A stretch of 64,000 bases of DNA from a virus, in the IMG/VR virus record IMGVR_UViG_3300043568_000598, positions 1 to 64,000 of that record; one strand, written 5' to 3'. Positions 58,210 through 64,000 of this stretch are shown here, in pieces (the stretch's first letter is position 1; each line of letters starts with the position of its first letter). The notes under the pieces were generated by a model. That model ran no database searches, was not told the origin of the DNA, and saw only the letters and a list, made by a program, of their open reading frames with translations. Made by a program: the position numbers and the translations under genes.

Positions 58210-59146
58210 ATATACTGCTGTTGCATACTTTAGCGGAATCCCCCCTAATAATACTAATCAAGAAAAACCGTTAATTTTAACTAATTTCTGCCAAGGTGTT
58301 ACGGCATCGGGCGACACTGGAATTTTACATAAGGGCATGGATGCGATTCCCTGCGATGTAGCATTAATTCAGGGATTTGTACACGAGCACGGCAAAGATG
58401 CACCTCATCTTAGATTAAGAAGAGCGGCCATAGATCTACAAAAAACAAATAACAAACGATCGTTAATCGTCGACAGCAGCTTGTTCCTTTATACAAATAA
58501 AGCAAATCCTTTACACTATCTTAGATATAGTTTTGATGGAGTATTCCCAACAACAGGTTTTTATTTCGATACCGAGACTGATCCTAGCCGCTGGCAAAAA
58601 ATCAGTAATAATTTAAATTTAAGTTTAAAAGACTATCGATCTCAAGGTAACCATATATTGATTTGCCTACAGCGAAATGGCGGGTGGAGTATGGCAGGCC
58701 TCGACGTTCAAGATTGGGCTATACAGGTTGTTAACACATTAAGACAATACACAGACCGTCCTATTGTTATTCGAGCTCACCCCGGCGATAAAGCAGCACG
58801 TGATTATCTCGATCCTAGAAGCCCTAAATGTAAAATAAAATTTTCTAAAGCAGTTAGGCTCAGTACTAATGTAGACTTAGTAGATGATCTTAAAAATTGT
58901 TGGGCAGCAGTTAATTATAATTCTAGTCCCGTTGTAGGAGCGGCAATAGAGGGTGTTCCTATCTTTGTTATGGATCCACTCAATAGTCAATGTGCAGAAA
59001 TTGCCAACACTGATCTAGCGAAAATTGAAACACCAAACATGCCGGATAGACAGCCATGGGTTGAAAGAATCAGCATGTTTCACTGGAATTTTCAAGAACT
59101 GGTTAGTGGAGAGTGCTGGCAGCACATACGTAAGTTTATTAAATAA
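58202..59146 (+). CDS. Capsule-synthesis-like protein, paralogue 3
   Basis: TDRPIVIRAHP, NSSP..GAAIEGVPIF. Confidence 0.6.
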   Translation: MSKYTAVAYFSGIPPNNTNQEKPLILTNFCQGVTASGDTGILHKGMDAIPCDVALIQGFVHEHGKDAPHLRLRRAAIDLQKTNNKRSLIVDSSLFLYTNKANPLHYLRYSFDGVFPTTGFYFDTETDPSRWQKISNNLNLSLKDYRSQGNHILICLQRNGGWSMAGLDVQDWAIQVVNTLRQYTDRPIVIRAHPGDKAARDYLDPRSPKCKIKFSKAVRLSTNVDLVDDLKNCWAAVNYNSSPVVGAAIEGVPIFVMDPLNSQCAEIANTDLAKIETPNMPDRQPWVERISMFHWNFQELVSGECWQHIRKFIK

Positions 59147-59150
59147 CTTA

Positions 59151-59963
59151 ATGTACAAATTTCAAATAACACACCAAGACTTTGTTGAAAATCCATGGTT
59201 TCAAAATTGGCAAAACACAAAGGTTGTCGATACCTGGGAACATGTGTCATCAGACATTCCGGTAATCACAGCGTCAAATTTATTACGATATGAGGTAAGA
59301 CGCTGGCTTAAAAATTCTCAACCTGCAATCTATATAGGACGAGGGTATCTTGGTAACCATATAGGCAAAGGTCGATGGTGGTGGCGGTATAGTGTGAACG
59401 GATGGGCTAATACACAATTGATGCCAATACCATATTCTAGATGGGGTTTAACCGAACTTCCCAGACATCCTTGGAAGGTTAAAACAATTAAAAATATTTT
59501 ATTGGCTCCTAGTAAAATGACAGGTAAGGTGTGGGAGTCTAATCAAAACGGCAGCTGGACTGATCAACTGATGGATAAATTTCCAGGAGCAACAGTTAGG
59601 ATTAGACCAAAAGCAAGAAAATCTGCATTACGATGGGCAACGATCTGGGATGATCTAGATTGGGCAGATCTTGTAATTTCTCAATCATCTGCAATCACCT
59701 GCGAAGCATTTTGGTATGGAAAAAAAGTAATAAGTCTAGAACCATGCCCGACATGGGCAGCTGGAAGAACTTTCTTAGATAATTGGCAAGATCCTACAGA
59801 ACCAGCAGGGAGAGATCAATGGCATGAACATCTAGCATGGAGTCAATTTTCTAGAACTGAATGGGAAACTGGAGAAGCCCTAAATCTTATAGAAAAATAT
59901 CTAGGGCCTGTGGTAGATTACAAAAACTACTACAATTACAACTTATTAGAAAATTTTAATTAA
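59151..59963 (+). CDS. Capsule-synthesis-like protein, paralogue 4 (start likely 59151)
   Basis: YIGRGY, V.IRPK, SSAI..EA...GK.V, W..HLAWSQF; TAAATA-N5-ATG. Confidence 0.55.
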   Translation: MYKFQITHQDFVENPWFQNWQNTKVVDTWEHVSSDIPVITASNLLRYEVRRWLKNSQPAIYIGRGYLGNHIGKGRWWWRYSVNGWANTQLMPIPYSRWGLTELPRHPWKVKTIKNILLAPSKMTGKVWESNQNGSWTDQLMDKFPGATVRIRPKARKSALRWATIWDDLDWADLVISQSSAITCEAFWYGKKVISLEPCPTWAAGRTFLDNWQDPTEPAGRDQWHEHLAWSQFSRTEWETGEALNLIEKYLGPVVDYKNYYNYNLLENFN

Positions 59964-60774
59964 ATTTTTTCATTTCAGCAATCATTGTATCGTAGTCAAC
60001 AATATCGAAATTAAATTCATTACGAGTATCTATTAAAATTTTATTAACTGGCTTAGGACCTTGTGTTCTAATTATTGTTTTGTTGAAAGCATACACTTCA
60101 TTTATTTTGCACAGTAGATCATATTTGTTAATTTTATTTTTATTACTAACAAGATGATAAATCCCAGATATCGTAGGATCATTTATATATTTGTCAATGC
60201 ATTTAGCAAGTTCTAAAGTAGTAATACCATTCCACCAGGCGTTGTCCCAACCTTGCAATTCTTGTTGAGGATTAGTCGAAATCCAATTAAACAACCCGGT
60301 GCCATTTGTTTTTATTTCCGAACCAATTATACTCATTCTAAATGTAATATCTTTAGAATTATTAACTTCACCGTTTGATTTCGAGCTGCCGTAGGCATTC
60401 ATTTCGGTGTGAATATCATTTTCGACGTACTCGCCTTTCTTTCCGTCAAACACACAATCCGTAGACAGATGTATTAGTCGAGTACTGGAATCTTTAAGAT
60501 TGTATTCTAGATAATGCGGAAACCAAGAGTTAATAATTGCTGCTCTATCGGGTCTGTCAATGCTATCTTTAACCAATAACCCAATACAGTTAATAACAAA
60601 ATCATAATCTGTTAACATTGTAAAAAATGAATCGTTGTGGCTAATTTTTTCAATGTCTATATTGATATTAGAATTCGATCTAGCCGAAGTAGTGACTTTA
60701 TGACCTTGCTGTTTAAGATATCGAGTGATAACATGCCCGGCCATTCCATTGGCACCAATTACTAAAACTTTCAT
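59956..60774 (-). CDS. NAD(P)-dependent sugar reductase (RmlD-like SDR)
   Basis: GANGMAG, VINCIG, IHLSTDCVFDG, YGSSK..GE. Confidence 0.88.
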   Translation of the reverse strand: MKVLVIGANGMAGHVITRYLKQQGHKVTTSARSNSNINIDIEKISHNDSFFTMLTDYDFVINCIGLLVKDSIDRPDRAAIINSWFPHYLEYNLKDSSTRLIHLSTDCVFDGKKGEYVENDIHTEMNAYGSSKSNGEVNNSKDITFRMSIIGSEIKTNGTGLFNWISTNPQQELQGWDNAWWNGITTLELAKCIDKYINDPTISGIYHLVSNKNKINKYDLLCKINEVYAFNKTIIRTQGPKPVNKILIDTRNEFNFDIVDYDTMIAEMKKFN

Positions 60775-61751
60775 ATAAACTTACCTTTCTTAAGCATTTC
60801 TTTAATTTCTTGCTTATTCATAATCTTAGTTACAGACGAAAATTCGTTGTAAGGAAATGGAGTATGATCTTGATAACGAGTGGCCAATGCCTGATTATAC
60901 CCAGCCGGTAACGTTAAGAAATAGTTGTTGTCGTAACAGAATGACAACTGCGATTCATGATGTGAAATTAACATCTCGTCTAACTTTTCACCTGGTCGCA
61001 TACCTGTTTCTTTAACTTCAACTACTCCGTATTCGTCCATTAATACTTCTGCAAGGTCTTTAATATAACATGCAGGCATGTTCATTACAAATGTTTCCCC
61101 GCCTATACTGTCAATGCTTGCTTTGAATAACAACAGGATAGCTTCTTCTAATGTTAAAAAGAAGCGTGTCATTTTCACGTCCGTGATTGTGATAGGTCCG
61201 CCTGACTTGATCTGTTCAATAAAGAACGGAATAACAGAACCGCTAGATCCCATTACGTTGCCGCCGCGAATACAAACAAACTTTGTGTAGTCGCTTAGAT
61301 CATTGGCTTGAACAATAATCTTTTCGCCTACTGCTTTGGTCATTCCGTACAGATTAATCGGTTCTACAGCTTTATCTGATGAAACATCAATGACTTTCTT
61401 TACACGATTTTCAATGGCGGCATTGACTATGTTAGTAGTCCCGTTGACATTTGTTTTAATTGTTTCTTGAACATTCTCTTCACACACCGGAACATGTTTT
61501 AATGCGGCAAGGTGAAAAATATAATCAACATTCTTTGTGGCGATTCTAACAGCTTCATAATCTCGAATGTCACCGATGATGAATTTAAGTTTAGAATTAT
61601 TAAACTTTCGTTTCATTAACACCTGCTGTAACTCGCCTCTAGAAAAACATATAATTTCTTTTACATTATATTTTTCTAATAGCATTGCAATTAATGTCTG
61701 CCCCCATGAGCCAGTAGCACCACTAACAAAGATTCTAGTACCGTTAAACAT
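60771..61751 (-). CDS. UDP-GlcNAc 4,6-dehydratase (CapD/FnlA/PseB family)
   Basis: SGATGSWG, FHLAALKHVP, SSDKAV.P.N.YG.TK, GNV.GS.GSV, MTRF, RPGEKL. Confidence 0.9.
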   Translation of the reverse strand: MFNGTRIFVSGATGSWGQTLIAMLLEKYNVKEIICFSRGELQQVLMKRKFNNSKLKFIIGDIRDYEAVRIATKNVDYIFHLAALKHVPVCEENVQETIKTNVNGTTNIVNAAIENRVKKVIDVSSDKAVEPINLYGMTKAVGEKIIVQANDLSDYTKFVCIRGGNVMGSSGSVIPFFIEQIKSGGPITITDVKMTRFFLTLEEAILLLFKASIDSIGGETFVMNMPACYIKDLAEVLMDEYGVVEVKETGMRPGEKLDEMLISHHESQLSFCYDNNYFLTLPAGYNQALATRYQDHTPFPYNEFSSVTKIMNKQEIKEMLKKGKFI

Positions 61752-62304
61752 CTTGACTCCTTAACATGTTGATTATTTCATCATCTGAATATAATTTTTT
61801 GGTTTTTATAAATTCCATAAATTCAGCATATGATACAGATTTATATGATTCTGCTGGATTAATTTTAGTGGCCGGAAGTTTGATCAATGTAAATCCAAAA
61901 TTAGTGTCCATTGGATATATTTCAAATGATGTTTCCTGTAGCATGTAATACAAGACCTTAAAAGAGTCTGAACATCGACTAGACTGGACATATTTTCTAG
62001 AAGGTGGAATCATATCATGCAGTAGAATCCATTTGGTAGCATGGTCTATTGAATTGTTAAAATCTCGTACTACATAGTCGTAATCATGATTCGCATCAAT
62101 GAAGATGATATCAAATTTTTCTTCAGCTGGCAAAGAATTAAAATATTCATCAGTTGTTCCGGTATACATCGCCTTGCCATTCATATCCACTGAGAATTTA
62201 TTTTTAGCCTTGATCGAATTAAAATTAACATTGTCATTAACTCCTAATTCTAAGTAAGAATATTCTTCAATCTTGTGTAGATGGTTGATAATAATACTAC
62301 TCAT
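61744..62304 (-). CDS. Class I SAM-dependent methyltransferase
   Basis: YLELGV, FDIIFIDANH.Y, ILLHD. Confidence 0.8.
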   Translation of the reverse strand: MSSIIINHLHKIEEYSYLELGVNDNVNFNSIKAKNKFSVDMNGKAMYTGTTDEYFNSLPAEEKFDIIFIDANHDYDYVVRDFNNSIDHATKWILLHDMIPPSRKYVQSSRCSDSFKVLYYMLQETSFEIYPMDTNFGFTLIKLPATKINPAESYKSVSYAEFMEFIKTKKLYSDDEIINMLRSQDV

Positions 62305-62313
62305 ATGTGTTCC

Positions 62314-62955
62314 TTATATATATTTTCTTGACTTTCGAGGAGTCGCTACTGTGCTATCAGCTGCTAAAAATGTAGTATCGATTGCTGGGCCTAGATCATA
62401 GTCATAGTGTTCTTCGGTCAATTTTCTTTTTACAAAATCTTTAGAAGCCTTTGCTTCTGGATTATATTGCGGATTATCTGTGTCAATCCATTTCTGCAAA
62501 AAATGTATTCTTGATTGATTGTAATTCCATGACGATCTACTTTTAGAATATGCAACTTCTTCAGTTATATACATGGCAATGTTAGCTTCCTGCAAGCGAA
62601 TATAAAAATCATCATCTTCGTACCCGCCACCAACGAATCGCTCATCCATCATTCCGATTTGCCTCATCAATTGTTTTTTAAAACCAAAAAATCCAAATCT
62701 ATACAGTCCAACTAATCCGTACCCTTGGTTGATGAGAGACACTGTTTTCTGCACATCAGCGGCGGTTGGCAAAACCTTATCAGACATTATGATTACAATT
62801 TCAGTGTCTGCTTTTGCTGTACACTCATTTACTAATTTTGAAAAAGAAGGATATCCGGTGCCGTCGAAATAATTAATTTTTTCAGGAGTTATGTTCTGTT
62901 TAATGGGATCAAACAGATGAGGTTTATTTGAAATCACATAACAACTATATGACAT
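62314..62955 (-). CDS. Glycosyltransferase (GT2-like; start likely 62955)
   Basis: IGMMDERF..GGYEDDDF..RL; GGGGG RBS. Confidence 0.75.
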   Translation of the reverse strand: MSYSCYVISNKPHLFDPIKQNITPEKINYFDGTGYPSFSKLVNECTAKADTEIVIIMSDKVLPTAADVQKTVSLINQGYGLVGLYRFGFFGFKKQLMRQIGMMDERFVGGGYEDDDFYIRLQEANIAMYITEEVAYSKSRSSWNYNQSRIHFLQKWIDTDNPQYNPEAKASKDFVKRKLTEEHYDYDLGPAIDTTFLAADSTVATPRKSRKYI

Positions 62956-63637
62956 TAAAATTCCCCCAATAACTTGTCTTTGCATTTGTTAAACTTTTTT
63001 TGCCATCCTTTTTAGTCAACGCCATACCCATTACGTAGTTATGTACTTGAATTATGACATGATGTTGATTGATAGCATTGTCGGCAGGGAGATATGTTTT
63101 AGCATATGTGTTTAATAATTTTTCAGCGGCTGCTGGCTTGATTGCGTATCCACAACAACCTGGCATCGAGCTCTGATAGTAATCAGCTGCCGACGCCTCA
63201 CCTTCGGGATTATCGTAGTAATGACGATACCTGTCAGTTTTTTTAGGGTGACCTAACGCCAACACCAGCACATCCTTCCATTCAACCGGTACATAAGGTC
63301 TCACCAGAACAATGTCGTCTTCCCAAATAACAATAGGTTCGTTGAGCTCCACACACTTTTGCCAAAGACGATAATGACTATAAAAGCATCCTTGGACACC
63401 CGGACTCCAATGTGAATCTGGATCCATAGTCTTAATGACACCATCGGCAGGAGGACCTTTAATGCCCCAAGGATGAATAGTTCTTCCCTCGTCCTTCATC
63501 ATTTTTGTGGCATCATTCCCATAGGTGCCTTCAAATAATTCTACTTCCTCGCCGAACTCAACTAATTGATTTTTTAACTTAGTAGCGGTATCAAGTGATG
63601 CTTGAATCTTCGATAAACAAATAATAAAATTTTTCAT
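62945..63637 (-). CDS. Glycosyltransferase family 25-like
   Basis: GCFYSHY.LW.KC, I.EDD, GYAI.P.AA.KL, PAD. Confidence 0.8.
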   Translation of the reverse strand: MKNFIICLSKIQASLDTATKLKNQLVEFGEEVELFEGTYGNDATKMMKDEGRTIHPWGIKGPPADGVIKTMDPDSHWSPGVQGCFYSHYRLWQKCVELNEPIVIWEDDIVLVRPYVPVEWKDVLVLALGHPKKTDRYRHYYDNPEGEASAADYYQSSMPGCCGYAIKPAAAEKLLNTYAKTYLPADNAINQHHVIIQVHNYVMGMALTKKDGKKSLTNAKTSYWGNFNVI

Positions 63638-63999
63638 TGCCAATACGCTTCTGTTCTTTGAACTTTTAGATCTTCAGGTTTACTACGACCTAATTTCTTT
63701 CTACCACCTTTGAGATGATCTAACCATGCGCCCCATTGACTATTAATTAATGGGTGTCCTTCGCCTGACGTCATTCCCGGTGCTGGGCGTAGATCATGCA
63801 AGTGTGCTGCCCAATCTAGTTGTCGCATCTGCGGAAATTTTACTCGTACCGCATCGAACACAAAACTGTCATGCCACTCAGCTAACTGAAAAATTCCTTG
63901 CTCTGCTTGATCATAGAATCTTTGGAATTCTTTGAGAAAAAGTTGAATGTTAGGTGATCGCAGATTCATAGCATACAGGCCGCATTCCGAATATTTGCC
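63634..63999 (-). CDS. Nucleotide-diphospho-sugar transferase-like protein, 5'-truncated by the window
   Basis: Frame open to the window edge (GKYSECGLYAMNL...EWHDSFVFD...DHLKG.RK). Confidence 0.6.
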   Translation of the reverse strand, partial: GKYSECGLYAMNLRSPNIQLFLKEFQRFYDQAEQGIFQLAEWHDSFVFDAVRVKFPQMRQLDWAAHLHDLRPAPGMTSGEGHPLINSQWGAWLDHLKGGRKKLGRSKPEDLKVQRTEAYWQ

Positions 64000-64000
64000 T

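Noticed and set aside
1-64000. Many short antisense or alternate-frame ORFs in the ORF track
   Set aside because: They shadow long motif-bearing genes and lack RBSs and recognisable motifs
1-64000. Stop-codon reassignment
   Set aside because: Conserved genes are full length and tightly packed under the standard code, so TAG read-through is not invoked for the 51630 frame

Overview
The window is a 64 kb segment of a large T4-like (myovirus-type) dsDNA phage genome, using the standard genetic code and almost fully coding. No rRNA, tRNA, CRISPR array or transposase was seen. 1-19.2 kb (+): tail/baseplate fibre module with two giant paralogous virion proteins (1862 and 2509 aa), small adaptors, three tandem C1q-tipped fibres and a putative fibre chaperone. 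19.2-31.5 kb (-): an AT-richer cassette of 3 tryptophan-halogenase-family enzymes, 8 2OG-Fe(II)-type oxygenases, 3 paralogues of an unknown family and GroES, headed by a perfect T4 late promoter. 31.6-51.3 kb: a fibre with a cupredoxin-like tip, neck/tail genes (gp15-, gp14-, gp13-like), dNMP kinase, sheath, tube, gp4 and terminase. 51.4-51.9 kb: a small secreted protein plus an unannotated overlapping ORF. 52-54.8 kb: gp32, uvsX, uvsY. 54.9-64 kb: a nucleotide-sugar/glycosyltransferase island. Main leads: (1) a late-expressed halogenation/hydroxylation cassette beside Trp-rich fibres; (2) TAAATA-N5-ATG late promoters implying leaderless mRNAs; (3) phycobiliprotein-like C-x-R-D repeats in a virion protein; (4) a possible ECF-sigma-driven module encoding a periplasmic protein and an anti-sigma-like peptide. 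All family assignments come from motif recognition by eye, not database searches.
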